Source: Thermoplasmata archaeon (GTDB taxonomy: Archaea; Thermoplasmatota; Thermoplasmata; GCA-020350865). From it: a stretch of 64,000 nt of DNA. How positions within the stretch are numbered: position 1 is the stretch's first letter; each line of letters starts with the position of its first letter. Of the stretch, positions 55,332 to 64,000 are shown piece by piece. A program made the translations under genes and the position numbers. The notes beneath the pieces were generated by a model that saw only the letters and a list, made by a program, of their open reading frames with translations, searched no databases and had not been told where the DNA came from. The stretch is from the NCBI GenBank assembly GCA_020348445.1, contig CP070751.1, forward strand, positions 343,772 through 407,771, in the 5' to 3' direction.

Positions 55332-56753
55332 ATGGTATACGGCGGCTACAAATATCTTGAATTTGACTACGAGCCAGATTCTGAATCTGACATCGTAGTC
55401 TGGCACTGGGTTTCTGGTTCAATGCCCATCGAGAAGCTCTCGGAGGCCCTGGCAGCAGAATCTTCTGTAGGTACATGGACAGAGCTAAAGACTGTGAACA
55501 TGGAGGTATTTGAAAAGCTCAGGGCCAAGGTGTTCAGGATAGAGAAGGTATCTGAAAATTCGGGTTTTGTGTGGCTCGCTTATCCTTTAGATCATTTTGA
55601 TACAAAGAATATTCTTCAGATACTGGCCTCGATCCGTGGTAACGTATATGGACTTAGCGAACTTGAGGCCCTAAAATTTCTTGACATCACATTTCCCAGA
55701 AAACTCCAGAGGACTTTTTCGGGACCGAGGTACGGGCTCGAAGGTGTGAGAAACAGGCTGGGTACGAACGTTTCGCGAAGACCTCATATGGGCACAATAG
55801 TCAAGCCCAAGGTAGGGCTTGCTCCAAAGGAGTGGGCAGACGTTGCCTATCAGGCTTTTATCGGTGGGGTTGATTTTGTAAAGGACGACGAGAACCTGGT
55901 GGACCAGGAGTTCTGTCCCTGGGAGGAAAGAGTTCACGCTGTTTTAGAGGTAATAGACAGGGTAAAGGACGAGACCGGAAGGACTGTTATTTATTCACCA
56001 AATATCACTGATAGATATTCCAGAATGCTAGAGCGCATGGACAAATTAAAAGAAATTGGGTGGGACGTGGCAATGCTGGATGTCTATATGATAGGCTATG
56101 CCGCCTTGATGGAGATGGTTGAGGAACTGCACAAAAACGGATTCATAATCCATGCCCACAGGGCAGGGCACACTGCAGAGACTAGGGGAAAGTTCGGATG
56201 CGAGTACAGTGTTTTTGCCAAGATATGGAGGCTCATTGGAGTGGACCAGCTTCACACAGGAACTGGAGTTGGAAAGATGGAGGGCGCGCCTCTTACAATC
56301 AACCTATATGGAAAAATTTGCAGGGACAAGAATATCCCAGAGGCTTTGCATCTTCTTTCCCTTGGGTTTGATTGGGACGATACAATCAATCCTCTGATGC
56401 CAGTTGCCTCGGGGGGTCTTGATGCAGGCAAGGTTGATGCATTAGTCGAGATATATGGTAAAGATGTTGTGATTCAGGCAGGAGGCGGAATTCACGGTCA
56501 CCCTGATGGCACCGTGGCGGGAGCCCGGTCCTTGAGATGCGCAGTGGAGGGTGTTATGGAAGGAAAAAGCTCGAAGGAGAAGGCTGAAGAATGCAAGGAA
56601 CTGAAGGTTGCCCTGGACAAGTGGGGATATGTGGAGCCAGAGGAAATAAGAAAGGTTTTTGCCCAGGTCGAGGAAAAAAAGGATGAACTTGATAAGATAC
56701 TACTTAAACAGGGATATGAGATGTTTGATATAGTGGGGGAATTAATCAGTTAA
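55332..56753 (+). CDS. rbcL: Form III ribulose-1,5-bisphosphate carboxylase large subunit
   Basis: AAESSVGTW (E60,T65), GNVYG (N123), GTIVKPK (K175,K177), GVDFVKDDE (K201,D203,E204), HAHRA (H294,R295), LHTGT (H327), GKMEG (K334), VASGG (S379), QAGGG. No small subunit adjacent. Confidence 0.92.
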   Translation: MVYGGYKYLEFDYEPDSESDIVVWHWVSGSMPIEKLSEALAAESSVGTWTELKTVNMEVFEKLRAKVFRIEKVSENSGFVWLAYPLDHFDTKNILQILASIRGNVYGLSELEALKFLDITFPRKLQRTFSGPRYGLEGVRNRLGTNVSRRPHMGTIVKPKVGLAPKEWADVAYQAFIGGVDFVKDDENLVDQEFCPWEERVHAVLEVIDRVKDETGRTVIYSPNITDRYSRMLERMDKLKEIGWDVAMLDVYMIGYAALMEMVEELHKNGFIIHAHRAGHTAETRGKFGCEYSVFAKIWRLIGVDQLHTGTGVGKMEGAPLTINLYGKICRDKNIPEALHLLSLGFDWDDTINPLMPVASGGLDAGKVDALVEIYGKDVVIQAGGGIHGHPDGTVAGARSLRCAVEGVMEGKSSKEKAEECKELKVALDKWGYVEPEEIRKVFAQVEEKKDELDKILLKQGYEMFDIVGELIS

Positions 56754-56790
56754 AACAAACCTTAATAATTGGCATTTAAAATGAGATTTA

Positions 56791-57597
56791 TTATGATATC
56801 CATCCTGATGATCTTGATAATATTATTTTTGGCAAATAATTTTGGTCTAAAACGATAGTTTGTTTAACCCTTCCCCCATAAGCTGCAAGAGGTCCATAAG
56901 TTTCCTCATATTCAAAATTTTGGACAATCAAGTACACATTTGACAAATTCATCTGAGCAAATGTCGTGTTTATAGTAATGATTTCTAGACTATTATTTAT
57001 AAAAATAGCACATTTATAAAAGACCACATCACTTGGATCCTCAGAAATATCAATCAAATATATATCTTCATTGATATAAACTGAATAGGAGTGATTATAG
57101 TAGGTTATTGAAATTTCTGAATATTCTTTTGCTTCTACTTTATAATTTAAATTCACTCTTACAGAAATAAGGGGGTCATTTTTTAATTTTTCAATTTTAT
57201 TTTTGTAAAAATCCAAAGCCTCTTTATCAAATACCCTCGGCCAGACATAGGCGGTAGGTTCTGTAGAAGGACTATCTATCGGTCTAGAATCATATTGATA
57301 GCGGGAAGTATTTAAAATTGTAGCTAAATCCAACTCCTCAGTTATTTTAATCGCCTCCTTTTCACCGTCGTTCGAATATTTTCTTTTAATATTGATCTCA
57401 TAATGATGGCTAAAAACATATGATAAACATCCTAGAACAATTATAACTACTAGTAATAAAGCGATTATTATTATTTTTTTTCTATTTAGCTCATCATTAA
57501 TTTTTGTGGGCATTTCTTTCATATAATAGATTATTCCTATGATTGCTAAAATGATAAGAAAAATAAAAAATATCGGGAATATGCAGATTAAGAACAT
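56791..57597 (-). CDS. Hypothetical membrane protein (two N-terminal TM, AT-rich)
   Basis: 268-aa ORF with two hydrophobic segments. No recognised motif. Confidence 0.6.
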   Translation of the reverse strand: MFLICIFPIFFIFLIILAIIGIIYYMKEMPTKINDELNRKKIIIIALLLVVIIVLGCLSYVFSHHYEINIKRKYSNDGEKEAIKITEELDLATILNTSRYQYDSRPIDSPSTEPTAYVWPRVFDKEALDFYKNKIEKLKNDPLISVRVNLNYKVEAKEYSEISITYYNHSYSVYINEDIYLIDISEDPSDVVFYKCAIFINNSLEIITINTTFAQMNLSNVYLIVQNFEYEETYGPLAAYGGRVKQTIVLDQNYLPKIILSRSSGWIS

Positions 57598-57805
57598 TTT
57601 ATCACTCAGTCAATGATTGTAAATTCCATTAGTTTTCTTTGCATACCGCCTCCTCAGTAAACGTATTTCTAAAAGGGTATATAAACTTATATAGGGGGTG
57701 AGGAGTGACTTTTCATAGGATATTAAAGAATCGAGAAACCCACCAAGTCCCCCCATTACAGAACAAAATCGCAATTTATTTATCTGATTATATCAATAAT
57801 ATATA

Positions 57806-59404
57806 TTGATGAGAAGGAAGGGAGCTGTAATCTGGCTTAGCCTGGTCATAATCTTTACCTCTATCGTAATAGTCATTGAGATCGCTCCAATCATAGAAAG
57901 TGCAGATACGTACTATGTTGACGATGAGCTAGGTGAGGGACCCGGCAATCCCCCTGAGGATTTTACCAGCATCCAGGATGCGATAAATTTCTCCAATAAT
58001 CTAGATACAGTATTTGTCTATAACGGAACCTATTATGAGAATATTGTCGTGGATAAGCAAATAAACTTGACAGGGGAGGATAAGAATAGTACTATAATTG
58101 ACGGACGTGGGAACAAAGAGGTGGTTAGATTAGAAGGAGGATGGGCCAATATCAAAGGATTTACAATCACAAACAGTAGCTCAGAAGATATTTGGGACCC
58201 AGAAGCTGGAGTGTATGTAATATCTCATTATAACACAATTTCTGACAACAATATAATTTTTAACGATGAACATGGTGTCTATCTAGATTCTTCAAATTAT
58301 AACACAATTTCTAATAATAATATCTCCTCAAACCATGAAGGAATCTTCTTAATGACAAGCAATGATAACACGATAATAAATAACTTTATTTTATCTGATA
58401 TTTTTGGAGTTAGGATATGGGAATCCCTACGAAATAACGTTTCTTTCAATGCTTTGACAAATATTAGTTGGGCCATATATTTGGCTGAATCTAGTACCTA
58501 TAATACTATTTTCCATAACAACATATGGGACAATGGTCATGGCATTCGTATTGTCAGTTCATCCAATGAAAACACAATTTCATACAACAACATATTCAAT
58601 AATAGAAGAAGTGGTATCAATATGTCTAGTTCAGATAACAATATTTTTCATCACAACAATTTTGTAAATAATCTTAAACATATTGGATTGTATGGAGGAA
58701 TCGGCAACGTCTGGGACGATGGAAATGGTGAGGGTAATTATTGGGACGACTACAGTGGTTTAGATGATGGGAGCGGGGGAAGAACCAAAGGTGATGGAAT
58801 AGGCGACACCGAAATCCCGCATCCGTATGTTGATCAAGGAAGTGGATACTATCAACTGGATAACTATCCCTTTATGAATCCTATAGGAAATTACCTCTTT
58901 CTTCATCAGGGTTGGAACCTCATCTCTATCCCAAAAATTCAATCAGATACTAACCTGGATACGGTTTTATCCTCTATTTCCGGATCTTACGATTCACTGC
59001 AATGGTATAATGCAAGCGATCCTTATGATCCATGGAAACACCACCATATATCAAAACCACCGCATTTGAATGATTTAGAGGGTATTGACCATTTAATGGG
59101 GTACTGGATTCATGTGACCCAGCCTAATGGGAGTATATTCGAATATTATGGAACAGAGCCAACCCAAAATCAGACCATCACCCTCTATCCTGGCTGGAAC
59201 ATGGTTGGATATCCTTCCCTCACAAGGTATAACAGAACAGAGGGGTTGAACAACATAACCTATGATACAGATGTTGATGCAATAATAAGTTACAATTCTG
59301 CGATACAGAAATGGGAGAAGATGGATGAGACTAATCATTTCAGGATTGGAAAAGGGTATTATATTCACTCAAAGGGAAAGATAGAGTGGGTGGTCCCCCT
59401 CTAA
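57806..59404 (+). CDS. Secreted NosD/CASH beta-helix protein with GWNL-type C-terminal module
   Basis: Signal peptide, FTSIQDAI, GTYYENIVVDK, N-rich repeats, GNYWDDYSG, DNYPFMNP, then the GWNL module. Confidence 0.88.
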   Translation: MMRRKGAVIWLSLVIIFTSIVIVIEIAPIIESADTYYVDDELGEGPGNPPEDFTSIQDAINFSNNLDTVFVYNGTYYENIVVDKQINLTGEDKNSTIIDGRGNKEVVRLEGGWANIKGFTITNSSSEDIWDPEAGVYVISHYNTISDNNIIFNDEHGVYLDSSNYNTISNNNISSNHEGIFLMTSNDNTIINNFILSDIFGVRIWESLRNNVSFNALTNISWAIYLAESSTYNTIFHNNIWDNGHGIRIVSSSNENTISYNNIFNNRRSGINMSSSDNNIFHHNNFVNNLKHIGLYGGIGNVWDDGNGEGNYWDDYSGLDDGSGGRTKGDGIGDTEIPHPYVDQGSGYYQLDNYPFMNPIGNYLFLHQGWNLISIPKIQSDTNLDTVLSSISGSYDSLQWYNASDPYDPWKHHHISKPPHLNDLEGIDHLMGYWIHVTQPNGSIFEYYGTEPTQNQTITLYPGWNMVGYPSLTRYNRTEGLNNITYDTDVDAIISYNSAIQKWEKMDETNHFRIGKGYYIHSKGKIEWVVPL

Positions 59405-59554
59405 TTCTGGCAAAGATTTTATATGGCTCGAATCGCATATATTCCTTTAAGGGAGCCAGATTCTTCGAGGAAGAAGAACTCCAGTGAAAGATTCCATTAT
59501 GGCTTTGAAATCGAAAGGGCTCCCATGACGCGAATTCGGAGGGGGGTTTAGAAA

Positions 59555-62500
59555 GTGCGAAGGAAAATCTCGAGCATTTTTATAAGTGCAGTGCTTGTGA
59601 TGAATATTCTTGGTGTTATTGCTCAGAATGTGGGGGAATCGAGTTTAAGCTTAAATGGAAATCTGACTGGTGAAGATACGGCCCCTACTCCTGAAAATGT
59701 CGATGATCCAAGTCCTTTTTCGGGTGGAACAGGTGGTCTTGCAGATTCTCCATGGCCGATGTTCCGGGGGAATGTCAGGCATACGGGACTCAGTCCATAC
59801 GATACGAGCGCAAACAACGGAAAATTGAAATGGAGCTATAAGGCCAGTGCTGATATATATTCGTCTCCAGCAATTGGTACCGATGGAACAATCTATGTCG
59901 GGTCCGTGGACAATAATCTCTATGCAATCAACCCAAATGGTACTGAGAAATGGATTTTCACAACAAACGGTGAGGTGATGTCATCACCTGCAATTGCCTC
60001 TGATGGTACAATTTATGTTGGCTCTTGGGATAAAAAACTATATGCAATCAATCCAGATGGAACTGAGAAATGGAACTTCACAGCAAGAGGCTATATAGAA
60101 TCATCTCCTGCAATCGGCTCTGACGGAACAATTTATTTTGGTTCAGGTCATATGGATGATAGGTTGTATGCACTCAATCCGGATGGTACTCTGAAATGGG
60201 ATTTCTACACTTATGTTACAATAACGTCATCACCTGCGATTGGACCAGATGGAACGATCTATGTCGGTTCTTTCAATCGCAGACTGCATGCTATTAATCC
60301 GGATGGATCTGAGAAATGGAATTATGCCACTTATAACTATATTCAGTCATCCCCTGCAATCGGATCTGATGGAATGATTTATTTTGGTTCTCGGGACGAT
60401 AAGATTTATGCGTTAAACCCAAACGGTACTCAAAAATGGAGTTACAAGACTGGAAATGACATAACTTCATCACCCGCTATTGATCCCAATGGAACTATCT
60501 ATGTGGGCTCCTACGATGGTAAGCTGTATGCAATAAATCCTAATGGCACTGAAAAATGGAGTTTTACGACACGTGATGATATCCGTCGGTCATCCCCTGC
60601 AATCGGTTCTGATGGTACCATTTTTATCGGTTCTCTTGACAATAATCTATATGCAATAAATTCAGATGGCACAGAGAAATGGAATTTCACAACTGGACAT
60701 GTTTTTGATTCATCACCTGCGATTGGTTCTGATGGAACAATTTATGTGGGTTCTGCAGATGATAACCTGTACGCCATTGGACCACCTCTTCCCAATCTCG
60801 AAGTTAATGTCACCTCACATTTTTCAGAGCTGAATTCAGCCGCACAATCTGCAATCACAGTTCATGTTACTGATGGCACAAACCCAGTTCAAGGTGCAAC
60901 CGTAACTTTATCTTCAGATAATGGGGGAATGTTCAGCCCACTAAGTGGCATTACCGATAGTAACGGCAATTTTAAAAGTATATTCAATGCACCCACCATT
61001 ACGATACAAACAATTTGTAGAATTACAGCTCAAGCAACTAAATCTGGATATGAGAGCGCTTCTGATTATGTTGATATCACTTTAAATCCAATACCATGGC
61101 CGATGTTCCGTCATCATCTCAACCATACTGGTGTTAGCCCGTATGATACGAGTGAAAATCCCGGTAAACTGAAATGGAATTTCTCAACTGGTGCTGGGAT
61201 TAAATCATCACCTGCAATTGGCTTTGATGGTACTATTTACGTAGGTTCTTATGATAAAAATCTATATGCAATCTATCCAAATGGCACAGAAAAATGGAAT
61301 TTTAAAACTGGATCAAGGATATCTTCATCACCAATAATCGGCTCTGATGGAACTATTTACATAGGCTCTGAGGATAAAAACGTTTATGCAATCAATCCAG
61401 ATGGTACCGAGAAATGGAATTATACCACAGGTATGAAGATTGTAGATTTATCTGCCACAATAGGTTCCGATGGAACAATCTATATTGGCTCTTTTGACAA
61501 CAAACTCCATGCAATTAACTCAGATGGCACTCCAAAATGGAGTTACGCAACTGAAGAAAATATACATTCAAAACCAGCAATCGGTACTGATGGAACCATT
61601 TATTTAACTTCAATTGACAATAATCTGTACGCAATCAATCAGGGTAGTACTGAGAAATGGAGTTTCAAAACTCATTCTTATATATATTCATCACCCACAA
61701 TCGGAACTGATGGGACGATTTATGTAGGTTCTGCTGATAGAAAATTTTATGCGATAAATCCAAATGGCACCGAAAAATGGAATTTCGAAACTGGTGGTAT
61801 GGTATATTCAACAGCAGCGATAGATGCCGACGGTACATTATATGTAGGTTCTCATGATAATAAATTATATGCAATCAATCCAGATGGCACTGAGAAATGG
61901 AATTTCACAACTGGTGATGGCATTTGGTTGTCATCACCTGCAATCAGCTCTGAAGGTACGATTTATATCGGCTCCTACGATAATAAATTATATGCAATTA
62001 ATTCTGATGGTACTGAGAGATGGAGCTTTACTACTGGTGACGATGTATGGTCATCACCAGCCATTGGCTCAGATGGCACAATTTATATAGGTTCCCACGA
62101 CGGTAATTTATATGCCATTGGAAAGCCACAAATCCAACCACCAGTAGCAGATGCAGGCCCCGACCAAACCGTAAACGAAGGCGACATTGTCCAATTCGAC
62201 GGCTCAGGCTCCTACGATCCCGATGGCGAGCCTGGAGCATGGATTTTCAAGGCTGACAACCCGTCACCTACATGGGGTTGTGCGGCTGCGACTTTGAATG
62301 GCGAAATATACTATATGGGGGGAATTCCCTGCTATCCCATCGTTAATCCGTCCTCAGTCTTCATGAAATACAATCCTGCAACTGATTCTTGGTTCAGTCT
62401 GCCAGACCTTCCCGCCCCGAGGGCCTATCTTGGCGCGACAGCGGCAAACAACAAGATCTATGCCATTGGGGGTAGTGATGGAGCCAACAGCACAGACTCT

Positions 62501-63976
62501 GTTTTCGAATTCGACCCCTTAACCGATACTTGGATATTAAAATCACCCATACCTGTCCCCATGGAGGCTTTTGGTATCGCTACCGTGAAAGACCGAATAT
62601 ATATAATTGGCGGCATTAGCACCTTGCTCTCTGGGACTCCCTGCGATAATGTTTTCGAGTACGATCCTGCCAATGACAGCTGGATTGCGAAACCAGATAT
62701 GCCATTTATAAGAGCACACCATGCATGTGCCGTCCTTGAAGATAAGATCTACGCAATTGGAGGAGATATGTATGGATCAACTGATGCAGTCGAAATGTAC
62801 GACCCAGTTTTAGAAACGTGGACAAGTAAAGCCAGTATGAACAACGCTCGTTCGGGTCTGTCTGCCGAGGCCCTGCAAGGAAAAATATACGCTTTTGGCG
62901 GAACCGGAAAATGGGGTTTGGCCGCGAATGTGAACGAGATGTACGATCCGGCAACAGACAACTGGACCTTAAAACCCTCAATGTTGGAATCGAGGGTGTA
63001 CTTTGGTTCTGGAGTTGTGGGGAATTGCATATATGCCATGGGAGGAAGTTACGGCCCCCTTATTGTCGATGTTCCAAACAGCACCGAGGAATACTGTGTA
63101 GGGGATGGGCTTGTATATGAATGGGACTTTGATGCCTCTGTGGACTCTGACGGAGATGGAGATAATATCAATGATAAAGATGCAACAGGCCCAAATCCAA
63201 CACATGTATATGGAGATGATGGGAAATATATAGTAACCCTGAAGGTAACAGATCATCAGAATCTATCAGATACGGACATCTGTAATATAACTGTAAAAAA
63301 TGTTGATCCAAATGTCTATATAAAATCAGCAATCATGGAAGTTGAAATCGGCCTTAGAGTTGCAGGTAGAAAGTATAACAATGTCAGTATGGCATTATAT
63401 GAGGAAGGCAACCAGATTGGGTATGTCTCAATAGAACGCCTACCAGGCTCACCTGACGAGCAGATGGCCTGGATTCCTTGCATCCTGGACAAGACAAAAT
63501 CCTATTCTGCAACTGTGACTTACGAACCCGAGGATCCACCGAATGTAGGAGGGAATCCGGTTTGGATTTACATCAAGTTTAAGAATGGGAGCATCAGGAG
63601 AATACACCATACATTCAACGTCCAGCAATCCAAGAAACGAGACAGCGACCACTGGAATCATGTCGAACCTTGGGAAGTGGATTTGAATGGTCATCTAATT
63701 GGATGTCCATTTGAGGTTACTTCTCATATCACTGATCCAGGAAGTGACGATGAAATCCTTTCTTTTACCTATGGGTCTCAGATAAAGACAGTTACTTACC
63801 TTAACAATCCCCCGAATCCAGACCCTTTTCCTTCACCAGAAATAAATCCGATGGACATAACGGACACTACAACTCTGATTTATGAGGGGCCAGGAACCTT
63901 AATTTTAACTGTGAAGGACGATGACAATCTCAGGCTTGGACTGGGTCAGGGTATGGATTCTATCGGTTTGGTATAA
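59555..63976 (+). CDS. Secreted protein with two 8-bladed PQQ-like propellers, an Ig domain, and a PKD domain containing an inserted Kelch propeller
   Basis: 16 SSPAIGxDGTIYxGSxDxxLYAINPxGTxKW-type repeats, two PWPMF...H motifs, six Kelch GG...Y(D/N)P...W repeats between SYDPDG and YEWDFD. Confidence 0.9.
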   Translation: MRRKISSIFISAVLVMNILGVIAQNVGESSLSLNGNLTGEDTAPTPENVDDPSPFSGGTGGLADSPWPMFRGNVRHTGLSPYDTSANNGKLKWSYKASADIYSSPAIGTDGTIYVGSVDNNLYAINPNGTEKWIFTTNGEVMSSPAIASDGTIYVGSWDKKLYAINPDGTEKWNFTARGYIESSPAIGSDGTIYFGSGHMDDRLYALNPDGTLKWDFYTYVTITSSPAIGPDGTIYVGSFNRRLHAINPDGSEKWNYATYNYIQSSPAIGSDGMIYFGSRDDKIYALNPNGTQKWSYKTGNDITSSPAIDPNGTIYVGSYDGKLYAINPNGTEKWSFTTRDDIRRSSPAIGSDGTIFIGSLDNNLYAINSDGTEKWNFTTGHVFDSSPAIGSDGTIYVGSADDNLYAIGPPLPNLEVNVTSHFSELNSAAQSAITVHVTDGTNPVQGATVTLSSDNGGMFSPLSGITDSNGNFKSIFNAPTITIQTICRITAQATKSGYESASDYVDITLNPIPWPMFRHHLNHTGVSPYDTSENPGKLKWNFSTGAGIKSSPAIGFDGTIYVGSYDKNLYAIYPNGTEKWNFKTGSRISSSPIIGSDGTIYIGSEDKNVYAINPDGTEKWNYTTGMKIVDLSATIGSDGTIYIGSFDNKLHAINSDGTPKWSYATEENIHSKPAIGTDGTIYLTSIDNNLYAINQGSTEKWSFKTHSYIYSSPTIGTDGTIYVGSADRKFYAINPNGTEKWNFETGGMVYSTAAIDADGTLYVGSHDNKLYAINPDGTEKWNFTTGDGIWLSSPAISSEGTIYIGSYDNKLYAINSDGTERWSFTTGDDVWSSPAIGSDGTIYIGSHDGNLYAIGKPQIQPPVADAGPDQTVNEGDIVQFDGSGSYDPDGEPGAWIFKADNPSPTWGCAAATLNGEIYYMGGIPCYPIVNPSSVFMKYNPATDSWFSLPDLPAPRAYLGATAANNKIYAIGGSDGANSTDSVFEFDPLTDTWILKSPIPVPMEAFGIATVKDRIYIIGGISTLLSGTPCDNVFEYDPANDSWIAKPDMPFIRAHHACAVLEDKIYAIGGDMYGSTDAVEMYDPVLETWTSKASMNNARSGLSAEALQGKIYAFGGTGKWGLAANVNEMYDPATDNWTLKPSMLESRVYFGSGVVGNCIYAMGGSYGPLIVDVPNSTEEYCVGDGLVYEWDFDASVDSDGDGDNINDKDATGPNPTHVYGDDGKYIVTLKVTDHQNLSDTDICNITVKNVDPNVYIKSAIMEVEIGLRVAGRKYNNVSMALYEEGNQIGYVSIERLPGSPDEQMAWIPCILDKTKSYSATVTYEPEDPPNVGGNPVWIYIKFKNGSIRRIHHTFNVQQSKKRDSDHWNHVEPWEVDLNGHLIGCPFEVTSHITDPGSDDEILSFTYGSQIKTVTYLNNPPNPDPFPSPEINPMDITDTTTLIYEGPGTLILTVKDDDNLRLGLGQGMDSIGLV

Positions 63977-64000
63977 AACCCATATTAAAGATGGTGATGG

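Noticed and set aside
55332-56753. RuBisCO-like protein (form IV)
   Set aside because: K175, K177, K201, D203, E204, H294, R295, H327, K334 and S379 equivalents are all present.
59451-59525. Second tRNA gene
   Set aside because: Has a 7-bp closing stem and the right length, but no TTC T-loop, D-loop GG or proper anticodon arm.
59800-62120. Diversity-generating retroelement template/variable repeats among PQQ repeats
   Set aside because: Repeat differences are not visibly adenine-specific, all copies are in frame within one gene, and no reverse transcriptase is present.
1-64000. Mobile elements, inteins, recoded (Sec/Pyl) or frameshifted genes
   Set aside because: No integrase, transposase or Hint motifs were recognised. 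All recognised genes are full length without internal stops.

Overview
Archaeal chromosomal DNA. Evidence: GGTGA/GGAGG ribosome-binding sites, TATA boxes, archaeal Elp3, DtdA, archease, HdrBC with DUF749, and form III RuBisCO. The repertoire of giant secreted repeat proteins suggests an uncultured anaerobic sediment Thermoplasmatota; this is inference, not a database result. About 41 of the 64 kb encode secreted or membrane-anchored repeat proteins, including giants of 2780 and 3934 aa. Metabolic loci: a class III PHA synthase cluster at the left edge (PhaE-like protein, phaE, phaC, crotonase); a three-gene operon with two tandem DapA-family aldolase/Fae (formaldehyde-activating enzyme) fusions; hdrC-hdrB-DUF749; nadX; and a catalytically complete form III RuBisCO. 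The most striking non-coding feature is a single tRNA-Ala(TGC). Upstream it has three ~72-nt tandem units that begin with copies of the tRNA 5' end. Downstream it has ~98-nt units that begin with copies of its 3' end. Both arrays contain hairpins with compensatory base changes. Other unusual items: a ~170-aa C-terminal module shared by three unrelated secreted proteins, a Kelch propeller inserted inside a PKD domain, exact 29-aa repeats in the PHA proteins, and a recurrent CPxCG...Y/W-Y-C-Y-x-C zinc ribbon. No integrase, transposase, cas gene, reverse transcriptase or rRNA was seen.
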